A DNA stretch of 64,000 bases from a virus: the IMG/VR virus record IMGVR_UViG_3300023179_000020, one strand, 5' to 3'. The number at the start of each line of letters is the position of its first letter. Within the stretch, counting starts at the first letter, position 1. Of this stretch, positions 29,916 through 39,295 are shown one piece after another. Position numbers and translations under genes: made by a program. The notes under the pieces were generated by a model. The model searched no databases, was not told the origin of the DNA, and saw only the letters and a list, made by a program, of their open reading frames with translations.

Positions 29916-30061
29916 TGTCACAGTTTTTAACTGAAATACAATTTGTTGCTACTGGGTCGATAGAAACACCTGACAGTGGGTTTGTCACCTTATACATGAA
30001 TACAGATGGATTTATATATGTAAAATTTTCTGATGGAACACAAGCAAGATTAACACCATAA
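29915..30061 (+). CDS. 48-aa protein absent from the ORF track (MSQFLTEIQFVATGSIETPDSGFVTLYMNTDG...)
   Basis: Hand-translated; TAATG coupling; paralogue at 33598. Confidence 0.7.
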   Translation: MSQFLTEIQFVATGSIETPDSGFVTLYMNTDGFIYVKFSDGTQARLTP

Positions 30062-30070
30062 AAAGTTGTT

Positions 30071-31210
30071 ATGAGTCAAATACTAAAAAGTTTACAGTTA
30101 TCAACCACAGGATCAGCACCTGGAACACCAAACTCAGATTTTGGAGTTGTGTACGCTAGTGGAAGCAATAAGTTTTTTTTTAAAAACGCTGCAGGTACTG
30201 AATTTGATTTAACAGCTACAAACGGTCTTATAAACACACTTTATTACACTGGCTCAGCTATAGGAAACGGAACAACACAAACATATACTTGGAACAAACC
30301 AGTTGGTTTAAAGTATATTGAAGTGTGTTGTGTTGGTGCTGGAGGTGGAGGTGGTGGCGGAATGAGGTCTACTAATAGTAGTACTGTTGGAGGAGCAGGA
30401 GGAGGTGGTGGAGCAATAGTTTGGCTAACTCTTGATGCTAATACACTAACAAATGCTAGTTATACAATTGTAGTAGGAGCTGGAGGTGCAGGAGGAGGAG
30501 GCAGTACAACTAGTACTGGAAACACCGGAATAACTGGAGGGACTTCTTCTTTTGGTACTTTAGTAATAGCAAGAGGAGGAGCAGGGGGAGTTGCTGGAGG
30601 ATTTGCAATAAGTAGCCAAACTTCAGGAGGACAAGCATTATTATGTACTCCTGCAGGATATCCATATTCTATAAACGGATGCAATGCCGGAACATTAGAT
30701 GCTAATGCTATAGGCCCATCTTATGCTTCTCCGGCTTTTGTTATTTTCGATAATGCTGCTCTTACTTTAGATGAAGGTAGAACAGGTGGAGGTGTTTTAA
30801 CTAATATTCCAAAAGGAAGAGGAGGAGGAGGAGGAGGATATGGAGGAGGACTTCAAGGTGGAATCCATTCTGGGTCTCGTGGATCAAATGGATACCAATT
30901 TACTACACTAATTACAAATGGAGGATTTCCTGGTAGTGGTTCTAGTGGTCAAAATGCAACTACACCTACAGATAACATGATAACAACTCTTTTACAATTT
31001 AGTGGAAGTACAACAACTTATGGACTAGGAGGAGGAGGACACGGTGGAGGATACGGTTCTAGTGGAAATGGAGGAAATGGAAGCAATGGTGGTCTATATG
31101 GTGCAGCAGGTGGTGGAGGAGGACATTGTGGTACAGGATCTGCTGCATTTAGAGGAGGAAACGGAGGATCTGGTTCTTCAGGTTTATGTATTATTACTGA
31201 ATTTTATTAA
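30071..31210 (+). CDS. Glycine-rich adhesin-like protein A1
   Basis: YTWNKP..LKYIEV.CVGAGGGGG; poly-Gly tracts; ends EFY. Confidence 0.7.
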   Translation: MSQILKSLQLSTTGSAPGTPNSDFGVVYASGSNKFFFKNAAGTEFDLTATNGLINTLYYTGSAIGNGTTQTYTWNKPVGLKYIEVCCVGAGGGGGGGMRSTNSSTVGGAGGGGGAIVWLTLDANTLTNASYTIVVGAGGAGGGGSTTSTGNTGITGGTSSFGTLVIARGGAGGVAGGFAISSQTSGGQALLCTPAGYPYSINGCNAGTLDANAIGPSYASPAFVIFDNAALTLDEGRTGGGVLTNIPKGRGGGGGGYGGGLQGGIHSGSRGSNGYQFTTLITNGGFPGSGSSGQNATTPTDNMITTLLQFSGSTTTYGLGGGGHGGGYGSSGNGGNGSNGGLYGAAGGGGGHCGTGSAAFRGGNGGSGSSGLCIITEFY

Positions 31211-31216
31211 AAAAAT

Positions 31217-32323
31217 ATGCCTAAGTTTTTAAATACAATTTATCAAATTACACAATCCGCTCCGGCTACTCCAAGCACAGGAGGAGTGTTATATGCCAGT
31301 GGAAGCAGTGTATTTTTTAAAAATACTACTGGTACTGAATATAATTTAACAGGCTCAAAAGGATATATACAAATTGTAGAGTACACTAGTAGTGGTACTT
31401 GGAGTAAACCAGCAAATGTTAAGTATATTAAATTAGCAGCAGTAGGTGCTGGAGGCGGAGGCGGTGGTGGAGCTAGAGATGCTGTAACTAATGCTGTAGG
31501 AGGAGGTGGTGGAGGTGCAGGTGGACAAATTTCTATTGTGTTTTATAACGCATCTGATATACCCGCAGGTTTATATACTGCTAGTGTAGCAACTTCTGCT
31601 AATGGAGGAGCAGGCAGAACAACAACTAATGGTGCAGGAACTGGAGGCTCTAGTGGTGGTACAACTTCTCTTGTTAGTGCTTCAAGAACATTAATTACTG
31701 CTGGAGGTGGAGGAGGTGGCACAGGTGGGGTTACAGGTGGAGGAAATGCTGCTGGAGGAAGCAATTCTGTTTCTGCTACTCTTTTAAACACCTTACCATT
31801 TCGTTTAATAGGAAATGGAGGAGGAAGATATGCTACCACTCCTCAAGTTCCAACCCCTAATCCTGGTATTACTTATACTATATACCATGCTAGATCAGGA
31901 TTTAGAGGAACCGGAGGAGGAGGTGCAGGTGGAGGAATAACAGCAGCTGGAGGACTACAAAATGGAGCATCAGGATCCGGAATATATTTAATTGATGGAA
32001 CTTTATTCACTTCAGGTAGTCCAGGTACCGGAGGTAGTACTCCTGCTAATTCAGGTAGTGATGGTGGTAGTAATATTGTTACAGCTGCATCCTTACTTTC
32101 ATTTTCAGGAAGTGCTACAGTCACTTCTAGTTATGGTTTTGGAATGGGAGGACATGGTGCTGGAGGCGGTGATGCCGCAGGAACAGTAAATGGAGGTAAA
32201 GGTGGAGATGGTGGATTTTTTGGAGCTGGTGGTGGTGGTGGAGGAGGAGGTAGAGCAAGTTCAAACGGAGGAAGTGGAGGTAGTGGTGGAGCAGGTTATT
32301 TAATAATATTAGAATACTATTAA
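31217..32323 (+). CDS. Glycine-rich adhesin-like protein B1
   Basis: SGTWSKP..VKYI..AVGAGGGGG; ends EYY. Confidence 0.7.
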   Translation: MPKFLNTIYQITQSAPATPSTGGVLYASGSSVFFKNTTGTEYNLTGSKGYIQIVEYTSSGTWSKPANVKYIKLAAVGAGGGGGGGARDAVTNAVGGGGGGAGGQISIVFYNASDIPAGLYTASVATSANGGAGRTTTNGAGTGGSSGGTTSLVSASRTLITAGGGGGGTGGVTGGGNAAGGSNSVSATLLNTLPFRLIGNGGGRYATTPQVPTPNPGITYTIYHARSGFRGTGGGGAGGGITAAGGLQNGASGSGIYLIDGTLFTSGSPGTGGSTPANSGSDGGSNIVTAASLLSFSGSATVTSSYGFGMGGHGAGGGDAAGTVNGGKGGDGGFFGAGGGGGGGGRASSNGGSGGSGGAGYLIILEYY

Positions 32324-32335
32324 AAAATAAAATAT

Positions 32336-32539
32336 ATGAAATGGTTTGTAATAAAAGATAATTATGTAATTGATAACATAGAATGGGATGGAACAACACC
32401 TTACACATACCCTTTCCCACATGATTTTTTAAAAGAAGATACTGAATTTGTAGCAGGAATTGGTGACTGGTATGAGTCTACTGAAGATATTTTTTATCGT
32501 CCTTTGGGAAAAACCCCACCTGATTTTCCTTCTGTATAG
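32336..32539 (+). CDS. Small fibre-associated hypothetical protein
   Basis: 67 aa, IEWDG...AGIGDWY. Confidence 0.6.
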   Translation: MKWFVIKDNYVIDNIEWDGTTPYTYPFPHDFLKEDTEFVAGIGDWYESTEDIFYRPLGKTPPDFPSV

Positions 32540-32599
32540 TTATAAATCTAAATAGAACCAATTTGGTTCTGTAACATATTTATAATAAAAATCTAGCCA

Positions 32600-33601
32600 A
32601 TGCCTACAGCTAACAATTCTTTAATATTAAGAGAAGTTTTAGGTCAAAAACTTTCCATTACACAAATGGATGGTGACCTTTTGTATTTGTCTACTACTTT
32701 ATCCGCTTCTAGAGGAGACGGTATTATACAAGTAACAGGATCATCTTTTGATGCTAGTAATACAAACATTACAGGTTCAAGATTATCATTAATAAACATA
32801 ACAGAAATTCCTGATACTCATGTTTTAACATACAACACTACTACAAAACAAGTTAATTACACTGCCTCAAGTGCAATTGGAGGAGGTGGTAGTGGGACAC
32901 CGAGTGCTCCAGTCAACAGTGTTCAATTTAACAATGCTGGTGCTTTTGGTGGAAATGCTAATTTTACCTTTACTAATAATTCTACTGCTTCATTAACTGG
33001 AAGTTTATTGGTATCAGGAGGATTAGAAATATCAGGATCAACTAAACTATTTGGTTTAACAAATCCAACCGCTACTAATGTTTTAACCTATAACACAAGC
33101 ACAGGACAAGTATTTTATACTGCCTCAAGTGCAATTGGAGGAGGTGGTAGTGGAGTACCAGGTGGTGCTAATACTACTATTCAATTTAACGATGCTGGTG
33201 CTTTTAGTGGTAGTGGAAATTTTACTTTTATAAAAGGTTCAAACCTTGTTACACTAACAGGTAGTCTAACAGTTTCAGGTTCAAACACTACTACAGAAAT
33301 AAAATTTCAAAACTTACAAGAAAATCTTGTTCCTACAAGTTCTGTAATGATTGATGAAGCAACAGGAAAACTTTCATACATTAATTTTTGGTATTCTCAA
33401 TCAATTGGAGGTGCAGGAGCTACTAGTATTCAAGTAAACCATAATTTAGGAACAATTTTAGTACACGTTACAGTTATGTCTGGAAGTGCTCCTTATGATA
33501 CTGTTTATCCTACAGTTCAAAGAACAAGTGCTAATCAAGTAACACTAATATTTTCTCAACCTCCTGCTACTAATGAATACATAGCATATATTTCAAGATG
33601 A
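32600..33601 (+). CDS. Tail fibre protein (cassette 2)
   Basis: N-terminal anchor like 19045; two QFN.AGAF.G repeats; C-terminal VNHNLGT...YIAYISR domain like 28887. Confidence 0.65.
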   Translation: MPTANNSLILREVLGQKLSITQMDGDLLYLSTTLSASRGDGIIQVTGSSFDASNTNITGSRLSLINITEIPDTHVLTYNTTTKQVNYTASSAIGGGGSGTPSAPVNSVQFNNAGAFGGNANFTFTNNSTASLTGSLLVSGGLEISGSTKLFGLTNPTATNVLTYNTSTGQVFYTASSAIGGGGSGVPGGANTTIQFNDAGAFSGSGNFTFIKGSNLVTLTGSLTVSGSNTTTEIKFQNLQENLVPTSSVMIDEATGKLSYINFWYSQSIGGAGATSIQVNHNLGTILVHVTVMSGSAPYDTVYPTVQRTSANQVTLIFSQPPATNEYIAYISR

Positions 33602-33771
33602 TAAATGTAGTAACCTCAATACAATTAGTAGAAACAGGATCAATTCCAACTACTCCCCCATCAGGTTATTTAACTCTTTATATGGGTACAGATAAAATTT
33701 TATACATTATAGATTCTAATGGTACTAGAAAACAATTAAATGGTCCTAATATTTCTTTTTCTTATTTTTAA
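33598..33771 (+). CDS. 57-aa protein absent from the ORF track (MINVVTSIQLVETGSIPTTPPSGYLTLYMGTD...)
   Basis: Hand-translated; ATGA overlap; paralogue of 29915-30061. Confidence 0.7.
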   Translation: MINVVTSIQLVETGSIPTTPPSGYLTLYMGTDKILYIIDSNGTRKQLNGPNISFSYF

Positions 33772-33780
33772 ATTAATTTT

Positions 33781-35193
33781 ATGATAAAAGTTTTAGACAC
33801 TATAAAATTTAGAACAACAGAATCTTCACCTTTACCCGGTGCTCAACCTGATAATTTTGGACTTTTATTTTCAAGTGCAAGTTCTTTAGGAGCATATACT
33901 ACTTTATATTTTACTAATAATACTGGTCAATCATTTGACTTAACAAATGCTAATTCGGGTAGTATAAACGTTCTTTATTATACTGGCTCAGCTATAGGGG
34001 ATGGAACAACAAAAACATATACTTGGACTAAACCTACTAACCTAAGATTGTTAAAAGTAATATGTTTAGGTGCTGGAGGAGGAGGAGGTAGTGGTTGTGC
34101 TTTATATAGTAATTTCCATACTGCTACAGGTGGAATGGGAGGAGGAGGAGGAGGAATTACATATACTCAATTCTTTGCAGAAGAACTTCCTAATAATGTT
34201 TCTATAACCGTAGGAGCAGGAGGAGCAGGATCTTTACTTCCTGTAACTTCATCAAATGATAATTTTAATCAAATAGTAAACGCAACTTGGGCTCAATCTG
34301 GTTCTAAAGGAGGTAATACTTCTTTTGGTTCATATGTTATAGCAGAAGGAGGTTATGGAGGATATGGAGGTTCAATACTTAGTATTTACTCAGGAAGTCA
34401 ATTCAAATCAGAAGTAGCTGTCCCAGGAGGAGGAAAAAACAGCATACCAAGTAGAGGACCATATTCTTTCTTTGGAATCCCAGGTGGAGGATATGCTAGT
34501 GGATTTACTTTAACAACAGGATCCGGAGCACATGCTGGGATAGCCAACAATCCTTTTGTAAGTTCACCTTATAGTTCTTTATCATCTCCTCAAACATTTC
34601 AAATATATTCTAGTGAGAATGAAATAAATTTACAATACACTGGAGCTATACCTATAGCAGGAGCAGGAGGAGGGGCTGGAGGAGGAAGAAGCACTGATTT
34701 TTCAAGTTTTGGTGGAGAATTTGGAATTGGTAATGGAGGATCAGGATCAGGGGTGTTTACTTTTAATGGTACTCTAACAAGTGGAAGTGCTGGAGGAAGA
34801 AGAGCATCAGCAAGTACAGATCCTGCTATTTTTAATGTATTTACAGCAAGTAATGGTTTTAATGGTAATGATAATGTTGGTAAAGATATTATCACTCAAC
34901 TTATACAAAGTTTTCCTTTAAAAGGATTTACTGCTTCTTATGGTTTAGGAACAGGAGGTGGAGGTGGAGGAGGTACTTATTTTTCTGGTTCTACTCATAG
35001 AACAAATAAAGTAGCAGGAAATGGAGGACATGGAGGATTATACGGAGCTGGAGGTGGTGGAGGAGGAGGATGTGGTACATTTGCAGTCTCACCAACCCTT
35101 GTCCCAGCTCAAGGAGCCGGAGGAGGTTATCCTTGGAGTGGCACAGGAGGAAGTGGCTCCTCAGGTTTATGTATACTAGTAGAATACTTTTAA
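33781..35193 (+). CDS. Glycine-rich adhesin-like protein A2
   Basis: Shares LYYTGSAIG.GTT.TYTW.KP and GSGSSGLCI..E with A1. Confidence 0.7.
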   Translation: MIKVLDTIKFRTTESSPLPGAQPDNFGLLFSSASSLGAYTTLYFTNNTGQSFDLTNANSGSINVLYYTGSAIGDGTTKTYTWTKPTNLRLLKVICLGAGGGGGSGCALYSNFHTATGGMGGGGGGITYTQFFAEELPNNVSITVGAGGAGSLLPVTSSNDNFNQIVNATWAQSGSKGGNTSFGSYVIAEGGYGGYGGSILSIYSGSQFKSEVAVPGGGKNSIPSRGPYSFFGIPGGGYASGFTLTTGSGAHAGIANNPFVSSPYSSLSSPQTFQIYSSENEINLQYTGAIPIAGAGGGAGGGRSTDFSSFGGEFGIGNGGSGSGVFTFNGTLTSGSAGGRRASASTDPAIFNVFTASNGFNGNDNVGKDIITQLIQSFPLKGFTASYGLGTGGGGGGGTYFSGSTHRTNKVAGNGGHGGLYGAGGGGGGGCGTFAVSPTLVPAQGAGGGYPWSGTGGSGSSGLCILVEYF

Positions 35194-35201
35194 TAAAAAA
35201 C

Positions 35202-36275
35202 ATGAAAATTTTACACAACATATCCTTAATAAAAACTTCATCTGCTGAACCATTAGCATCACAATCTGGAGTAATTTACTCTAGTGGAAGTTCCGTGTAC
35301 TTAACAGATAAAAGTGGAGCAGTATTTGATTTAGCAGCTAATAAAGGTTCTATGGTAATAACGGAATATGTTACTCCTGGGATTTATACTTGGAATAAAA
35401 ACCCTAGTATTAATTTTGATATTAAATACTTACAAGTAGTTTGTGTAGGAGCAGGAGCAGGTGGTGGAGGAGGACAATCCGGTGCCACTAATAGTTCTAG
35501 AAGTGGAGGTGGAGGTGGTGGTGGAGGATCTATTGCTACTGCTTGGTTTGAATCTTCTTCTTTAACTACTAGTTCTTATACTATTCAAGTTGGTACTGGA
35601 GGAGCTGGAGGTGCAGGAGGAGGAAGTGGAGGTGCAGATGGAAGTACAGGTGCTGATGGCGGTGATAGTTTTTTTAGATCTGGTTCTTCTACAATTTTAG
35701 TTCAAGGAAAAGGAGGAAAAACTGGTAATTCTTATAGTGTTGGTGGTGATTTTTCACTAGCATCCACTCCTAATTTATTTTATCAATTAGTAGGATCAAG
35801 AGGAGGAAATGCCAGTACTTCTCCTAATTTTAATAATACTCCTTTATATTCATTTAATAGTAGTATAGGAACAGGAGGAGGAGGTGGAGGAGGATCAATT
35901 AATGTTTCTAATACTGCTCAAGCTGGAGCAACAGGCTCTGCTGTTTTTAAAAACGGACAATTGATTTTTACAGGTTCAGCAGGAACAGCTGGAGGTTCTG
36001 GCATAAACGGACAAAATGGTGTAAATAATTTTATAAATGGATTAGTTTTAGCTGGTTTTTCTAGTAGTCTATACTCTTCTTCTTACGGTGTAGGAACACC
36101 GGGCCATGGAGGAGGAGCAAGTAGTCTTAATACTATCAATGGCGGAAATGGAGGATCAGGAAGTATTGGATGTGGTGGTGGAGGTGGTGGAGCAGGAACA
36201 TCAGGAGGAGCAGCAAGCGCAGGAAACGGTGGAAAAGGTGGTGATGGGTATGTTCTTTTAATAGCCTATTACTAA
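35202..36275 (+). CDS. Glycine-rich adhesin-like protein B2 (start MKILHN at 35202)
   Basis: GVIYSSGSSVY..D.SG..FDL like B1; poly-Gly; ends AYY. Confidence 0.7.
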   Translation: MKILHNISLIKTSSAEPLASQSGVIYSSGSSVYLTDKSGAVFDLAANKGSMVITEYVTPGIYTWNKNPSINFDIKYLQVVCVGAGAGGGGGQSGATNSSRSGGGGGGGGSIATAWFESSSLTTSSYTIQVGTGGAGGAGGGSGGADGSTGADGGDSFFRSGSSTILVQGKGGKTGNSYSVGGDFSLASTPNLFYQLVGSRGGNASTSPNFNNTPLYSFNSSIGTGGGGGGGSINVSNTAQAGATGSAVFKNGQLIFTGSAGTAGGSGINGQNGVNNFINGLVLAGFSSSLYSSSYGVGTPGHGGGASSLNTINGGNGGSGSIGCGGGGGGAGTSGGAASAGNGGKGGDGYVLLIAYY

Positions 36276-36307
36276 TAAAAATTTATATATTTATAACAAA
36301 ATAAATT

Positions 36308-36556
36308 ATGACAACAAAAGTTTTAACCCAAGAAGAAATTACACAACTAAAAAAAGTTCAACAAGACAGAGCCAACCTAATTGAAAAATTTGGTGTATTA
36401 GAAATACATAGACAAGAACTAAAACTCCAAGAACAACAATTATCTTCTAGTTATCAACAATTAAAACAACACGAAGAACAATTAGGAAAACAACTCCAAA
36501 ACAAATATGGAGACGGAACTATAGATTTAGAAAAGGGAGAATTCATAAGTAGTTGA
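36308..36556 (+). CDS. Small coiled-coil protein
   Basis: 82 aa, KYGDGTIDLEKGEF C-terminus; ATATTTATA 36287-36295. Confidence 0.6.
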   Translation: MTTKVLTQEEITQLKKVQQDRANLIEKFGVLEIHRQELKLQEQQLSSSYQQLKQHEEQLGKQLQNKYGDGTIDLEKGEFISS

Positions 36557-36607
36557 TTTGTACATTCTCCAAGATATTTATAATAAAAATAAAAACACTT
36601 TAACAAA

Positions 36608-38692
36608 ATGGCAGAAACATTAATTTCACCCGGTGTATTAGCAAGAGAAAATGATACATCCTTTATTTCACAACAGCCCGTAGTAGTAGGAGCAGCAATT
36701 ATAGGCCCAACAGTAAAAGGCCCTATTGAATTGCCTACTGTTGTTACTTCCTATAGTGAATTTGTAAATACCTTTGGAGACGTTTTAACAAGTGGTAGTG
36801 ATACTTATTCATATTTTACCTCTATTGCTGCTTATAATTACTTTAGTAATGATGGAAACACATTATTAGTATCTAGAGTAGTAAGTGGATCCTATTCTCC
36901 TGCTACAAGTTCAAATATTTTAAATAATGTACCTTCTACAGCAGGTGCTTTTGCAACTGCTTCAGGTAATTTAAGTGGAATAGCAAGTTGGATTGATACT
37001 GAGTTTAGATTTACGGACAATAGTTCTAATATTTATCGATTCTTACCAACCGCTTCTGGTAATTACCAAGATGATGCAGATGGTAAATTATATTTCTTTG
37101 CTAGTGCAAGTACTGCAGCTACTAGTACTACTAACTTAGCAGCTAAAATTACTTCTGTAACAAGTTTAGGAATTACTTCAAACTCAAGTACTACTACAAT
37201 ATCATTTACTGGTTCAGTTTCTAGCTCAGCTTATAATGGATACGAATTTGAAGCAGGAAATGGAACTAATTTTATTAATTATGGAACTTTAGGTGGTGGT
37301 GTAAATGGTGATGGAAGTGTAGCTTTTGTTTTAGAAACAATTTCTGAAGGTGTTATTATGAACAGTTCAAGTTCCCTTGATGCACAAGGTGCTTTAGCAA
37401 ATGGTTCAAAAGACAACGTTCGTTGGCAAATTGTTAACGCTAACACATCTTCAGGTACATTCAATTTATTGATTAGACAAGGAAATGATAATACTAATAG
37501 TCCTATTATTTTAGAACAATGGACCAATTTATCATTAGACCCTAAAGCATCTAACTTTATTTCTAATGTAATTGGTGATTACGTTTACAGTTACAACCCA
37601 GCAAATAATCAAATTGAAGTAACAGGTAACTATCCTAATGCTTCAAAATATGTTAGAGTAAAACAAGTAAATTACTTAACACCAGACTATTTTGATAATG
37701 TTGGAATAGCTAAGCCTCAATATACTGCTTCTATTCCTGTAAATGCTAATGGTTCATTTACTGGTGCTACAGGTGATGTAAAAGGAGGAGCTAATTTTTA
37801 TGATACTATAGATAATAATAATACTCAAGGATTAGTAGCAGCTAATTATGATAACATGATTGATCTTCTTTCTAATAAAGATGATTATCAATTTAATGCT
37901 CTGTATACTCCTGGATTGATTAAAAATTTTGGTACCCACGCTTCTAAAATAAACAACATTATTACTAATACTCAAGACAGAGGAGACAACATTTACGTAG
38001 TTGACTTAGTAGACTATGGTAGTTCAGTTACTACAGTTACTGGTCAAGCAGCAAGCATTGATTCTTCATATACTGCTACTTACTGGCCTTGGTGCCAAAT
38101 CCTAGACCCAGGTACTGGTAAAAGAGTATGGGTTCCTGCCTCAGCAATGATTGCTGGTGTATATGCATATAATGACAGAGTATCTGAGCCATGGTTTGCA
38201 CCTGCAGGTATAAACAGAGGTGGATTAGGAAGAGTAATTAGAGTAGAACAAAAATTACCACAAGCATCACGTGATACTTTATACCAAGGAAAAGTAAACC
38301 CAATTGCTACATTCCCAGGTACTGGAGTAGTAGTGTATGGTCAGAAAACATTACAAACTAGAGCATCTGCTTTGGATCGTGTAAATGTTAGAAGATTGTT
38401 AATTGCACTTAAGTCTTATATTTCTCAAGTAGCAAATACATTAGTATTTGAACAAAATACAATTGCTACAAGAAACCAATTCTTAAGCCAAGTTAATCCA
38501 TACCTTGAATCAGTACAACAAAGACAAGGTTTGTATGCATTTAAAGTTGTAATGGATGATACTAACAACACTCCAGACGTGATTGACAGAAACCAATTAG
38601 TAGGTGCAATTTATTTACAACCAACTAAAACAGCTGAATTTATTTACTTGGATTTCAATGTTACACCAACTGGAGCTACTTTCCCAGTATAA
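36608..38692 (+). CDS. Contractile tail sheath protein
   Basis: SPGVLAREND, PWFAPAGINRG, VYGQKTL, RVNVRRL, PTKTAEFI motifs. Confidence 0.95.
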   Translation: MAETLISPGVLARENDTSFISQQPVVVGAAIIGPTVKGPIELPTVVTSYSEFVNTFGDVLTSGSDTYSYFTSIAAYNYFSNDGNTLLVSRVVSGSYSPATSSNILNNVPSTAGAFATASGNLSGIASWIDTEFRFTDNSSNIYRFLPTASGNYQDDADGKLYFFASASTAATSTTNLAAKITSVTSLGITSNSSTTTISFTGSVSSSAYNGYEFEAGNGTNFINYGTLGGGVNGDGSVAFVLETISEGVIMNSSSSLDAQGALANGSKDNVRWQIVNANTSSGTFNLLIRQGNDNTNSPIILEQWTNLSLDPKASNFISNVIGDYVYSYNPANNQIEVTGNYPNASKYVRVKQVNYLTPDYFDNVGIAKPQYTASIPVNANGSFTGATGDVKGGANFYDTIDNNNTQGLVAANYDNMIDLLSNKDDYQFNALYTPGLIKNFGTHASKINNIITNTQDRGDNIYVVDLVDYGSSVTTVTGQAASIDSSYTATYWPWCQILDPGTGKRVWVPASAMIAGVYAYNDRVSEPWFAPAGINRGGLGRVIRVEQKLPQASRDTLYQGKVNPIATFPGTGVVVYGQKTLQTRASALDRVNVRRLLIALKSYISQVANTLVFEQNTIATRNQFLSQVNPYLESVQQRQGLYAFKVVMDDTNNTPDVIDRNQLVGAIYLQPTKTAEFIYLDFNVTPTGATFPV

Positions 38693-38736
38693 AAATTTAA
38701 TAAACAGATATTTATAATTAAATAAAACATAATACA

Positions 38737-39225
38737 ATGGCAGTACTAGACGCAAACGAAATATTTTTTACAGCATTTGAACCCAAACAGGCTAATAGGT
38801 TTATCCTTTATATGGATGGTGTTCCAAGTTATCTAATAAAAGGAGTAAATGCTGTAACCGTATCACAAGGAGAAGTAACCTTAAACCACATTAACGTTTA
38901 TCGTAAAGTAAAAGGTAAAACTACTTGGGGTAACATTCAGATGACACTATTTGATCCTATCACACCTTCAGGTGCTCAAGCAGTAATGGAATGGGTTCGT
39001 TTGCATCACGAATCTGTAACAGGTAGAGATGGCTACTCAGACTTTTATAAAAAAGACTTAGTAATTGACATTTTAGGACCTGTAGGAGACATTGTTAGTG
39101 AATGGATTCTTAAAGGCGCATTTATAACAGAAGCTAATTTTGGTGATTATGCTTGGGATACTGAAAACCAAGCCGTTAACATTACAATGACTGTAGCTGT
39201 AGATTACTGCGTACTCAATTTTTGA
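38737..39225 (+). CDS. Tail tube protein (T4 gp19-like)
   Basis: FEPKQANRF, YKKD...LGP.GDIVSEW.LKGAF; follows sheath. Confidence 0.9.
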   Translation: MAVLDANEIFFTAFEPKQANRFILYMDGVPSYLIKGVNAVTVSQGEVTLNHINVYRKVKGKTTWGNIQMTLFDPITPSGAQAVMEWVRLHHESVTGRDGYSDFYKKDLVIDILGPVGDIVSEWILKGAFITEANFGDYAWDTENQAVNITMTVAVDYCVLNF

Positions 39226-39257
39226 AAATATAGTAGTCCAAATATACATCTTAAAAG

Positions 39258-39293
39258 AATGCTCGATATTTATTATCGAGCATTTTTATTTTT
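39258..39293 (+). terminator. 11-bp hairpin plus T-run containing an ATATTTAT element
   Basis: AATGCTCGATA-TTTAT-TATCGAGCATT then TTTATTTTT. Confidence 0.75.
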
Positions 39294-39295
39294 AT

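Noticed and set aside
35070-35201. N-terminal extension of the 401-aa ORF
   Set aside because: Overlaps the previous gene; paralogy with 31217 supports the start at 35202
19045-36275. Diversity-generating retroelement or invertase-driven fibre switching
   Set aside because: No reverse transcriptase, adenine-specific TR/VR pair, site-specific recombinase or inverted cassette seen in the window
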